Below, in pieces: positions 35,274-43,525 of a stretch of DNA of 57,151 nucleotides. The notes under the pieces were generated by a model. It ran no database searches, had not been told where the DNA came from, and saw only the letters and a program-made list of their open reading frames with translations. This stretch comes from an uncultured Syntrophaceae bacterium (GTDB lineage: Bacteria; Desulfobacterota; Syntrophia; Syntrophales; UBA2210): assembly GCA_964571315.1 (NCBI GenBank), contig CAZNBR010000002.1:1-57151 (forward strand), read 5' to 3'. The translations under genes and the position numbers were made by a program. The first letter of the stretch is position 1. Each line of letters begins with the position of its first letter.

Positions 35274-36056
35274 TCAGTCAATCTTCTTTTTAGGCAGCAT
35301 TTTATCTTCTGCCAGAGATTTCAGTAATCCTTCATTCCGTTTAATATGGATGTTGATTTTAGCTAAATCCGGCCTTTGATAAACAAGCTCCAGAACATCA
35401 TTCATGCGGAAATTCCTGTTTACAGGATAAAGTTTCTCAATCACCTGCCTTACGAATTCAAAATCTTCCGGTTCATCCACCGTCCATCTCAACTGAGAGA
35501 AATTTTCATGATATGTCCAATTACCTGTTTTGAAAATCTCAGGATGATTTCTGATATATGGCGTAACATGTTCAAGTTCCGAAGGAAGTAAGGCGTGCTT
35601 ATAGGCATAATCAAGCGTCTCGAAATTGAAAATCTCCGCGTCCAGGCCATCCGGAAGTGTCGGATAGAGGCAGTTGCTCGCATAGTCCAGATTTTCAGAA
35701 AAATAATATTCAATAAGCATCGCTAAAATATCCGGGTCAATCAGAGGGCAATCTGCGGTAACACGCATGATATGCCCGGCACCAAACATTGTCGCCGCTC
35801 CGTGAAAACGTTCTAAGACATTTTTTTCTGATCCCCTGAATACCTGTACGCCTTTATTACTGCCAAATATGGCTATAGAATCATCTTCAGAATTCAAAGT
35901 AGTGGCAAGTACAATATCCTTGATGCCCTTACAGCATCGCACACGTTCAATTAAATAACTCAGCAAAGGCCGCCCGAGGACTTCCTTCATAACCTTGCCC
36001 GGAAGTCTGGCAGATGTCATTCTTGCCTGGATGATTGCCGTGACTTCAGGTTCCAT
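35274..36056 (-). CDS. SpsF-type cytidylyltransferase (candidate CMP-nonulosonate synthetase)
   Basis: 260 aa. AIIQARMTSARLPGKVMKEVLGRPLLSYLIERV is the SpsF/CTP_transf_3 N-terminal signature. It is the only cytidylyltransferase in the cluster. Confidence 0.8.
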   Translation of the reverse strand: MEPEVTAIIQARMTSARLPGKVMKEVLGRPLLSYLIERVRCCKGIKDIVLATTLNSEDDSIAIFGSNKGVQVFRGSEKNVLERFHGAATMFGAGHIMRVTADCPLIDPDILAMLIEYYFSENLDYASNCLYPTLPDGLDAEIFNFETLDYAYKHALLPSELEHVTPYIRNHPEIFKTGNWTYHENFSQLRWTVDEPEDFEFVRQVIEKLYPVNRNFRMNDVLELVYQRPDLAKINIHIKRNEGLLKSLAEDKMLPKKKID

Positions 36057-37381
36057 TATGCAAGCCTCTTAAACCCAACACCGGAAGGTTTTCCAATGAG
36101 TTTTTTATCGATATCGTTCTGCTCGATTGATCGCGCTATTTCCGCAAAAGCCTTGTCAACCGACTTAAAATAGTCCTGAACATTCTCGTCAGTATGTGCA
36201 TACATCGCATAAAACAAATTAGATGCAAGAAAGCCCTGTTCCAGCATGAGTTGAATAAAATATGCCTTGATCGACTGAGCCTTATCATGGGCAAAAGCAA
36301 AATGACTCATGGGTTTCATTCCACCAACTTCTATAGACAGGCCGTGGTTACCCGCCATTTTTTTCCAGCCGGATTGTACCTGTTCGCCAAGCCAGACAAG
36401 ATGTTTTCCGGCATCAACTCTTTCGTGCTTTTTAATCATCGCAATTGCCGCGGTTGGCCCTATACGCTCAGTCCAGTTGGTACTGCTGATAAATGTCTGT
36501 TGGGCTGCCTGCATAACATCAGTCTTGCCAATAACGGCTGCTATCGGATAGCCGTTCCCCAAGGCCTTGGAAAAGACAGCTATATCAGGCTCTATCGTAA
36601 AAAACTTCATGTGAGCCCCGCCGGTGTTGTATCTGAATCCAGATGAGATCTCGTCAATGACAAGCACCGCCCCGGTTTCATCGGCCAAATTACGAACCCC
36701 TTCACCAAATCCCGGCTCAGGTTCATAATTGCGCAGCGGCTCCATTACGATAGCCGCCAAATCTTTACCATGCCCGGCTACTATTTCCTCAAGCTCCATG
36801 AGATGATTGTAGCGAAAGGGAAGCGCTGTGCCCTCTAAAGCATGAGGGACACCTGCCGGGTCGAGGCCTGAGAGGAGGTGCTCTCCCAAAGCATTTTCCG
36901 TACCGAGATTGGCGGATAAATACCAGTCGTGCCAACCGTGATAGCCGCAGACCGCTACTTTATCTTTTCCTGTATAAACACGGGCGATACGGACTGCAAT
37001 GGCCATGGCCTCACCTCCCGTTCGGGCGAATCTGACCATTTCTGCCCATGGATGAAGGTTACATAGAAGTTCAGCCAGATCGACCTCTTCAGGACAATTC
37101 AGAGAGCAACTTGTTCCATTTGCTATGGCACTTCGCACTGCGTCATCCACATCAGGGTCGGCATAACCCAGGATGTTGGCCCCGATACCGCCTATACTCA
37201 TGTCAATGTATTTGTTTCCGTCAAGATCCCATACGTTAACACCTTTGGCCTTGCTGAAATAACCGGGCCATACTCCCAATGAAAACATGTCAGGCCTTTT
37301 GGATAATAGCTGGGTCATGCCTGGAATGAGCTTCTTCGCACGTTCCTGCATTTTCAGGCTATTTTGGATGTTCATTTTCAT
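36056..37381 (-). CDS. Class-III PLP aminotransferase (glutamate-1-semialdehyde aminomutase-like)
   Basis: 441 aa. GANILGYADPDV, VLVIDEISSGFRY and AVFSKALGNGYPIAAV (PLP-lysine region). Confidence 0.85.
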   Translation of the reverse strand: MKMNIQNSLKMQERAKKLIPGMTQLLSKRPDMFSLGVWPGYFSKAKGVNVWDLDGNKYIDMSIGGIGANILGYADPDVDDAVRSAIANGTSCSLNCPEEVDLAELLCNLHPWAEMVRFARTGGEAMAIAVRIARVYTGKDKVAVCGYHGWHDWYLSANLGTENALGEHLLSGLDPAGVPHALEGTALPFRYNHLMELEEIVAGHGKDLAAIVMEPLRNYEPEPGFGEGVRNLADETGAVLVIDEISSGFRYNTGGAHMKFFTIEPDIAVFSKALGNGYPIAAVIGKTDVMQAAQQTFISSTNWTERIGPTAAIAMIKKHERVDAGKHLVWLGEQVQSGWKKMAGNHGLSIEVGGMKPMSHFAFAHDKAQSIKAYFIQLMLEQGFLASNLFYAMYAHTDENVQDYFKSVDKAFAEIARSIEQNDIDKKLIGKPSGVGFKRLA

Positions 37382-37428
37382 GAGATTTCCTTTATAAAAG
37401 AATAGATTTCAGTACATGTGTCAACAGG

Positions 37429-38106
37429 TCATTTCCCATACGGCCCGGTAGGATACGCATATTCTTCACTTTTCCGAAGCACGTCTATAGCAATCCTTTC
37501 GTCCGGATTATTGTTGTATTTCCCATCACCTGGTGCAAAAGATTCATGATGCGCTAATGTATAGACAGGATTCCACGTAAACATATTTTTATAGTTCATT
37601 TTATAACTATATATTCCCTTACAGTGGGAATATTCATTTTTGTATGCAAAGTTCGGGTTGAAATCTAATATGAATAAATTGCCATTGTTTTTTAACACCC
37701 TGTCAACTTCGAAAGCTATTTTGAATAATTTGTCTCTTTCACATAGGTATAGACAAAAACCCATTATTATGGTGTCAAAGAAATCGTTTTTATATGACAA
37801 ATTATCTGCCGTTGATATTGTAAGCTCCGTCTCGGGATATGATTTGTTGCCATAACTGATTGCTTTTGAAGAAGGATCTATTCCTGAACACCTGCACTTA
37901 TATTTTTTCCTCAAACCCTCTAATCTCCAGCCGCTGCTGCATCCTATTTCTAAGACATTTTTGGGGATTATGTCCAAGTACTCGAAACATGTTATAATTT
38001 TATCGTTTGCAATGCGTTCTTCCAAACTGACTTCGGAATCTATGAGATTTCTTTCAAACCATTTGTCACCTTCTCCATTTAGGAATATATTTCCCTGATT
38101 TGCCAT
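37429..38106 (-). CDS. Class I SAM-dependent methyltransferase (Pse-cluster-associated methylase type)
   Basis: VLEIGCSSGWRLEGL (motif I) and FDTIIMGFCLYL. Start ATG 38106 is preceded by AAGGAGA at 5-nt spacing, so it is preferred over the ORF-track start at 38139. Very AT-rich. Confidence 0.8.
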   Translation of the reverse strand: MANQGNIFLNGEGDKWFERNLIDSEVSLEERIANDKIITCFEYLDIIPKNVLEIGCSSGWRLEGLRKKYKCRCSGIDPSSKAISYGNKSYPETELTISTADNLSYKNDFFDTIIMGFCLYLCERDKLFKIAFEVDRVLKNNGNLFILDFNPNFAYKNEYSHCKGIYSYKMNYKNMFTWNPVYTLAHHESFAPGDGKYNNNPDERIAIDVLRKSEEYAYPTGPYGK

Positions 38107-38117
38107 GGTGTCTCCTT

Positions 38118-39014
38118 TTATGTAATATCTTTGGGCCAAAAACAGGGATCCAGTAACGTCTCGTCTATATCCTTAAATTCCTTTTGAATCTTTTGACCCA
38201 ACGCTTTGGGCCAGGGCATATCCCAGTATTTCATGTTTTCTTTTATTTGCATCGGTGATTCTGCACCAAAAACAAGCATTGATTGAGGAAAAGTATTTTT
38301 AATGTATCCTATGCATAAAGCATGAACACTTAATCCGACGTCGCGCGCGAGAGATTGCAAGGGCTTGAGAACCCGAGCCGCAAAGTGCATATTGCCTGGA
38401 AGGGAGTAAGGATCCATGAGGAGCAGTCCCTGCAAAAAAACACTCCGAACATAAATTGTCTTCTCTCTGATTTGCGCACAATCGAAAACCCCTGCCTGTT
38501 CAAATCTTCTGTCTAAAATGTTCGTCGGTAGCTGTACGATGGTAATTCCATCTGTCTCAAGCGCCTGTATGGCTTTGGAAGGCGAATATACTGAGACACC
38601 CAGATGTTTTACCTGTCCTGATCGCACAAATTTTTCGAGGGTTCCCCCTAATCCTTTATCCCATAAGTCCAAAGATTCTTCTCTATGGAGTAAAAGACCA
38701 TATACCTGTGAGATTTTTAGACGGGAAAGAGTTTCCTCCAAAGCCTGTTCCATATCTGCATGGTTTAGGTGATCAAGGTTGGGATGAAATTTGCTGATGA
38801 TTTTGACATCGTTGCCTATTCCCACTGAATTCAGTGCTTTTCCAAGAACCTGTTCACTTTCACCATACGCTGCTGCTGTATCAAATTCACATATGCCGGA
38901 TTCCCAGGCTGTATGTATGATGGAGATAGCTGTTTTGAGATCGGGCTTTCCGCTCCGATTCGCTATTCCATAATTCATTCCCAACTGTGCCGTGCCGAGT
39001 ACAAGTCGTCTCAT
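38118..39014 (-). CDS. Aldo/keto reductase
   Basis: 298 aa. LVLGTAQLGMNYG..., FDTAAAYGESEQVLG and IVQLPTNILDRR are typical AKR (Tas/YajO-like) motifs. Confidence 0.85.
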   Translation of the reverse strand: MRRLVLGTAQLGMNYGIANRSGKPDLKTAISIIHTAWESGICEFDTAAAYGESEQVLGKALNSVGIGNDVKIISKFHPNLDHLNHADMEQALEETLSRLKISQVYGLLLHREESLDLWDKGLGGTLEKFVRSGQVKHLGVSVYSPSKAIQALETDGITIVQLPTNILDRRFEQAGVFDCAQIREKTIYVRSVFLQGLLLMDPYSLPGNMHFAARVLKPLQSLARDVGLSVHALCIGYIKNTFPQSMLVFGAESPMQIKENMKYWDMPWPKALGQKIQKEFKDIDETLLDPCFWPKDIT

Positions 39015-40291
39015 ACGTAAAATTGGTTTAAATCTCGCAAGGGTTTTCCCCGCCCCAAGGGGCGTTCAATACTCTTAATGATACCCCGCTGCGGCGGAGA
39101 GTTGGTTTGTAGTTGTTCACCTATTGTTTCAATTACTGCTGTAATGACTCTTTCCACATCATCATCTGTCATTCCCGGAAACAAAGGGAGGGAGATGATC
39201 TGTTCATATGCTCTTTCCGCCACAGGGCACAGTCCCGGGCCGGTAAGAAATGTTTTCCTGTAAAATGGATGAAGATGCACTGGAATATAATGGACGTTTA
39301 TACCGATGTTCTTTTCACGGACGATTTTAAAAAATGTAGACCGATCAATCTCGAGTTCTTTAAAATTTATTTTGACAACATAAAGATGATATGCATGAAG
39401 GATATTTGGACCGACTGAAAGAGGTGTAATTTCCGGAATGTCAACAAATACTTCGTCATAGCGTCCGGCAATCTCCTTCCTCCGAATGATCCAACCGGGA
39501 AGCTTTTTAAGTTGGCTCATCCCCAGGGCGCACTGGAAATCGGTTAACCGGTAATTATAGCCAAGATTGATCATTTCATAATGCCAGGTGCCTTCTTTTT
39601 CACGTTGGTGGTGCTCGGTGGTGATGCCGTGGTTACGAAACGTACGCATCTTCTTTGCCATGGAAGATTCATTCGTTGTTATCATTCCACCTTCACCGGT
39701 CGTTATATGTTTTACGGGATGAAAACTAAACGCGGTCATATCTGCCAGACTGCCGGTTTTCGCCCCATTATATTCTGCTCCGAGGGCATGACAGGAATCC
39801 GCAATCAGAGTCAGGTCATACCTTGAGGCAATAGATTGAATGATGTTGTAATTGCAAGGTTGCCCGGCAAAGTCTACTGCAATGATTGCTTTTGTATGTG
39901 GTGTAATTTTCGCCTCCACACATTTCGGGTCAATGAGCAATGTATCCTGCTCAACATCTGCAAAAACAGGCGTTCCTCCTTGAAACACAACAGCATTGGC
40001 TGTAGCCACAAAAGTCATCGGCGGAACAATAACCTCATCTCCAGGACCAATACCGGCAGCATACATGGCAGCATGCAACGCTGCGGTTCCGTTGCTTACG
40101 GCTACCGCCTCTTGTGCCCCCACAAAACCAGCAAAAGCCTGTTCAAATTCAGACACCTTTGGCCCAGTGGTAAACCAGTCAGAGCGAAGAACCTCCGCCA
40201 CAGCCCGGATGTCGTCCTCATCAATCCACTGATGCCCGTAAGGAATGAAATGTTGCTCAGGTTCCGCTATTTGATTTTTAGGTATTTTCAT
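39011..40291 (-). CDS. pseC: UDP-4-amino-4,6-dideoxy-N-acetyl-beta-L-altrosamine transaminase (DegT/DnrJ/EryC1 family)
   Basis: FIPYGHQWIDEDDIRAVAEVLRSDWFTTGPKVSEFEQAFAGFVGA and SFHPVKHITTGEGG (PLP-Lys). About 40 extra C-terminal residues. Confidence 0.88.
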   Translation of the reverse strand: MKIPKNQIAEPEQHFIPYGHQWIDEDDIRAVAEVLRSDWFTTGPKVSEFEQAFAGFVGAQEAVAVSNGTAALHAAMYAAGIGPGDEVIVPPMTFVATANAVVFQGGTPVFADVEQDTLLIDPKCVEAKITPHTKAIIAVDFAGQPCNYNIIQSIASRYDLTLIADSCHALGAEYNGAKTGSLADMTAFSFHPVKHITTGEGGMITTNESSMAKKMRTFRNHGITTEHHQREKEGTWHYEMINLGYNYRLTDFQCALGMSQLKKLPGWIIRRKEIAGRYDEVFVDIPEITPLSVGPNILHAYHLYVVKINFKELEIDRSTFFKIVREKNIGINVHYIPVHLHPFYRKTFLTGPGLCPVAERAYEQIISLPLFPGMTDDDVERVITAVIETIGEQLQTNSPPQRGIIKSIERPLGRGKPLRDLNQFYV

Positions 40292-40302
40292 TCCTTTGTC
40301 CT

Positions 40303-41670
40303 TTATCGAATTGCAGTGGATATACTTTCACTGTCAGGAATACATTCTTCTTCGTTAATCATGCCCAAAATGATTTTTTCATTCAGACGATGTATCGTAG
40401 AAGCAAGCTGGGAGATTGCACTATTGTCATCAATAGACGGCTCATAAATGAGTTTTCTTAACTCGTCGACACCAAGCCATTGATCATTTTTATTGCTGGA
40501 ATATACAAAGCCTTCCGGTAAGTTTTGCCCCGATTTGTAATTCTGCCTTTCCCACCAGGGATAGTTTGGCAAGATGACATATAAACCATCATGCGCTACC
40601 GTGTTTCTCCCTTCCTCTTCGGTAACAAGAATTTCGTGGAGTTTTTCCCCTGGCCTTATTCCAATAACTTCGATCTCGCACTCCGGCGCTACGACTTTAG
40701 CAAGGTCTGAAATATTCATGCTGGGGATTCTGGGAATAAATATTTCCCCTCCCTGCATGTGACTGAGTGTATGAACCACCAGTTCAACGGCCTGGTCGAG
40801 AGTGATCCAGAATCTCGTCATTTCTTTGTCCGTTACCGTTATTTTCCCCGTCTTTTTCTGTTCCTGGAAGAGGGGGACAACACTGCCACGGCTTCCGATT
40901 ACATTCCCATATCGGACACAGCTGAACCTTGTACCACGAGGGCCTGTGTAAGAATTCCCCTGAATGAAGATCTTTTCGGCGCAGAGCTTGGTCGCCCCAT
41001 AGAGATTAACGGGGTTTGCCGCTTTATCGGTACTCAGGGCAACGACCTTTTTGACACCCGTATCAATCGCGGCATCAATAACGTTTTTCGCTCCGAGGAT
41101 GTTTGTTTTTACGGCTTCAAGCGGGTTGTATTCACATGCGGGAACCTGCTTGAGCGCCGCGGCATGGACTACGATATCGATTCCTTCCATCGCTCTTTTT
41201 AGACGTTCCCCATCACGTACATCACCTATAAAGTACCTTATTTTATCTTCGCCAAATTCCTGACGCATTTCATGCTGTTTTAATTCGTCCCGGCTGTAAA
41301 TCCGAATGACCTCGGGATTGTATTTCTCCATCATGACCTTACAAAAATGTCTTCCAAAAGAACCGGTACCTCCCGTCAATAAAATGGACTGTTTTGCCCA
41401 ATTGATTTTTCCTGTATCTTCATTTCCGTTTCTGAGAAGTATTTTTGCCTGTGAAATGGTTTTCTTTTTTATGTGAAGCAACTCTCTGATTTGCATGAAT
41501 TGTTCAACGTCTCTTTGAGAGTATCTCCGCTGTTTTCCCTGGGTCTTTTTGGGTTTTATAAATCCACCAAACTCCGCCTCCCAATAGCGGACAGTGGAAG
41601 CGGGAACCTCTACTTTTTCACTGACTTCCTGTATTTTGTATGCTGCCTTCGTATCCATATTGTTAACCAT
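40303..41670 (-). CDS. pseB: MerR-type HTH domain fused to UDP-GlcNAc 4,6-dehydratase (inverting), PseB
   Basis: aa ~10-75 YKIQEVSEKVEVPASTVRYWEAEFGGFIKPKKTQGKQRRYSQRDVEQFMQIRELL is a MerR/HTH_17-type helix-turn-helix. From aa ~95, ILLTGGTGSFGRHFCKVMMEKYNPEVIRIYSRDELKQ...YGATKLCAEK is the PseB/FlaA1 SDR. The start may be ATG 41658. Confidence 0.88.
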   Translation of the reverse strand: MVNNMDTKAAYKIQEVSEKVEVPASTVRYWEAEFGGFIKPKKTQGKQRRYSQRDVEQFMQIRELLHIKKKTISQAKILLRNGNEDTGKINWAKQSILLTGGTGSFGRHFCKVMMEKYNPEVIRIYSRDELKQHEMRQEFGEDKIRYFIGDVRDGERLKRAMEGIDIVVHAAALKQVPACEYNPLEAVKTNILGAKNVIDAAIDTGVKKVVALSTDKAANPVNLYGATKLCAEKIFIQGNSYTGPRGTRFSCVRYGNVIGSRGSVVPLFQEQKKTGKITVTDKEMTRFWITLDQAVELVVHTLSHMQGGEIFIPRIPSMNISDLAKVVAPECEIEVIGIRPGEKLHEILVTEEEGRNTVAHDGLYVILPNYPWWERQNYKSGQNLPEGFVYSSNKNDQWLGVDELRKLIYEPSIDDNSAISQLASTIHRLNEKIILGMINEEECIPDSESISTAIR

Positions 41671-41700
41671 CCTTATGTAACGTATTAACTGATATTCTTC

Positions 41701-41727
41701 TTTTCGGCTTTGAACAGAGAAACTTTA
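41701..41727 (-). promoter_or_regulatory. Sigma28 promoter-like element upstream of pseB
   Basis: Minus strand reads TAAAGTTT-ctctgttcaaa-GCCGAAAA (N11, a single mismatch in the -10 box), about 30 nt upstream of the ORF start. Confidence 0.55.
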
Positions 41728-41767
41728 ATATAAGTTTCAGATTAACTTTAACGTATGGCAATGAAGG

Positions 41768-41783
41768 AGCAATAAATATGCCA
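41768..41783 (-). promoter_or_regulatory. Sigma54 promoter-like element upstream of pseB
   Basis: Minus strand reads TGGCATATTTATTGCT (TGGCAT-N5-TTGCT), about 100 nt upstream of the pseB start. Confidence 0.55.
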
Positions 41784-41872
41784 CGATTTTTGATGGGGAA
41801 TTCACATTTAAAATCAGGATATTAAAGCAAATGGGTGCACTGTATGAAACCTTGGCAGGAAAATTTTTCCGG

Positions 41873-43525
41873 TCAGGGGTGTGTGGTAGTGCCCTCAATT
41901 TCCTGCAGCGTTGAGCCAAAGTGCCTCACGATTTCGAGCAATGTTTTGTACTTATTCAGAAACTCCCGGGCAAGTTTCGGAAAATCGCAGATCTCGGTTT
42001 CGTACATATGGAATTCATGAATCTCTTTCAGGATGGGCAGCGGACCCTCCAGGTTCTTTATTTCTTCTTCACCGTGTGTCAGGAGATCTATCAATTTTTG
42101 TATGAACTTGAAATTTGGTTTCTTTTTAGAGAATTCATTGAGAATTTTCCGGGAGGTATCCATCCCCCTTGTATATATCTCTTCATAGGACAGACAGGCG
42201 CTCTGAAAATCAGCAATGATATCGCCATGCTGTTCCCCAACCCCTTCGAACCGGGTACCGGAGAGTGGATCGTCGATACCCAGCCACCTGTCCCACAGGG
42301 CCTGGCCGACCGTTGCCTGTGCGTGGTTGAACGATCCAAGCCAGGGCAAAAAGCAATCCGTACGTCCACTCACCAATTCATGTCGCATCGTTCCATTGCT
42401 GTGGAAGAAAGATCTATAAATACTCGCTCCGAGAGTACCCTCAGATATGTTGTCATCCAGATCCAGTGCCAGCCTTACCCCCTGGAGGACCGCCTCGGGG
42501 GTGATGCCTTCCCTGCAGAGCGGATTGCAGCAAACGGTCGAATCCAGGCAGGGTGAGCACGGATAGGCCGATTGGACGACCACATGGCCGGGGCCGTAAG
42601 GCCCGGTAATACTGAAAAACGCCGTGCTCATAAAGATTCCAACCACTTTGGTGCCGACGGCCGAGGCAATGTGCATCGGACCGGTATCGTTGCTGACCAA
42701 AAGATCGATCCCCCTGAAAAAGGATGCCAGCTGCGGAAGTGTTGTCTTACCGACAAGATCTACGAAAGGGAACGGTGAGATCTGCTGAAACTCCTCGGCA
42801 AGCCCCCGTTCCCCCGGAGACCCGAACAGGACGATCTGGGCATCGAGATCATCGATAAGGGCTCCCCCAAGCCTTACAAAGTATTCTATCGGCCACCTCC
42901 TCGCGGCCATGTTCGCCCCGGGCTGAAGACCGACGGTGAGCCTGTCCGCATCGATACCGAGCTTTTGCAGTCGGGAGGTGCGGATCATATCCTGCTGCGG
43001 ATCGGCAGGCAGGAAATTGACAACGGGTCTGTTCTGAACACCGACCATCCCCACATACAGATCGACGAGGTTTAACAGGTTGTCTTTGCGGTTTTTCGCG
43101 ACGGCAAAAAGATACTTTCCCCAGTCTCCGGATACGACAATCTCGTTATTCGCCGAAAAGAGCCTCCCCCTCTTTTCCTCGGCATCGATCCGTTCCGACA
43201 GATAACTGCTGCTCCAGTCGTGGGTCAGGTTGATCAGCAGATCATACCGTTCACCGAGCTCAGGGATCATCTGAAAGAACCTGTCCAGCGCGTCCGTATG
43301 GTTTTCGCCTTTTTCACCCATAATCTCCCTGATTCCCCACCAGGGAACGGTCACCAGGCGGTCAATCCAGGGATTCCCCTTCAGCAGGACGCAGAAATCC
43401 TCAATCCCGAGGTATGTGATGGTGCCTTCGGGATCTTCTTCCTTCAGCAGCTTTACGGCGGGGAGACTCTGAATCGTATCGCCGAGCCGGCTCAGGTGGA
43501 TAATCAGGATCGCTTTACTCGACAT
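41873..43525 (-). CDS. GT9 (heptosyltransferase-like) glycosyltransferase with a ~200-aa C-terminal extension
   Basis: ILIIHLSRLGDTIQSLPAVKLLKEE, LLVSNDTGPMHIASAVGTKVVGIF and Cys cluster CSPCLDSTVCCNPLC. The tail has no recognised domain. Confidence 0.85.
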   Translation of the reverse strand: MSSKAILIIHLSRLGDTIQSLPAVKLLKEEDPEGTITYLGIEDFCVLLKGNPWIDRLVTVPWWGIREIMGEKGENHTDALDRFFQMIPELGERYDLLINLTHDWSSSYLSERIDAEEKRGRLFSANNEIVVSGDWGKYLFAVAKNRKDNLLNLVDLYVGMVGVQNRPVVNFLPADPQQDMIRTSRLQKLGIDADRLTVGLQPGANMAARRWPIEYFVRLGGALIDDLDAQIVLFGSPGERGLAEEFQQISPFPFVDLVGKTTLPQLASFFRGIDLLVSNDTGPMHIASAVGTKVVGIFMSTAFFSITGPYGPGHVVVQSAYPCSPCLDSTVCCNPLCREGITPEAVLQGVRLALDLDDNISEGTLGASIYRSFFHSNGTMRHELVSGRTDCFLPWLGSFNHAQATVGQALWDRWLGIDDPLSGTRFEGVGEQHGDIIADFQSACLSYEEIYTRGMDTSRKILNEFSKKKPNFKFIQKLIDLLTHGEEEIKNLEGPLPILKEIHEFHMYETEICDFPKLAREFLNKYKTLLEIVRHFGSTLQEIEGTTTHP

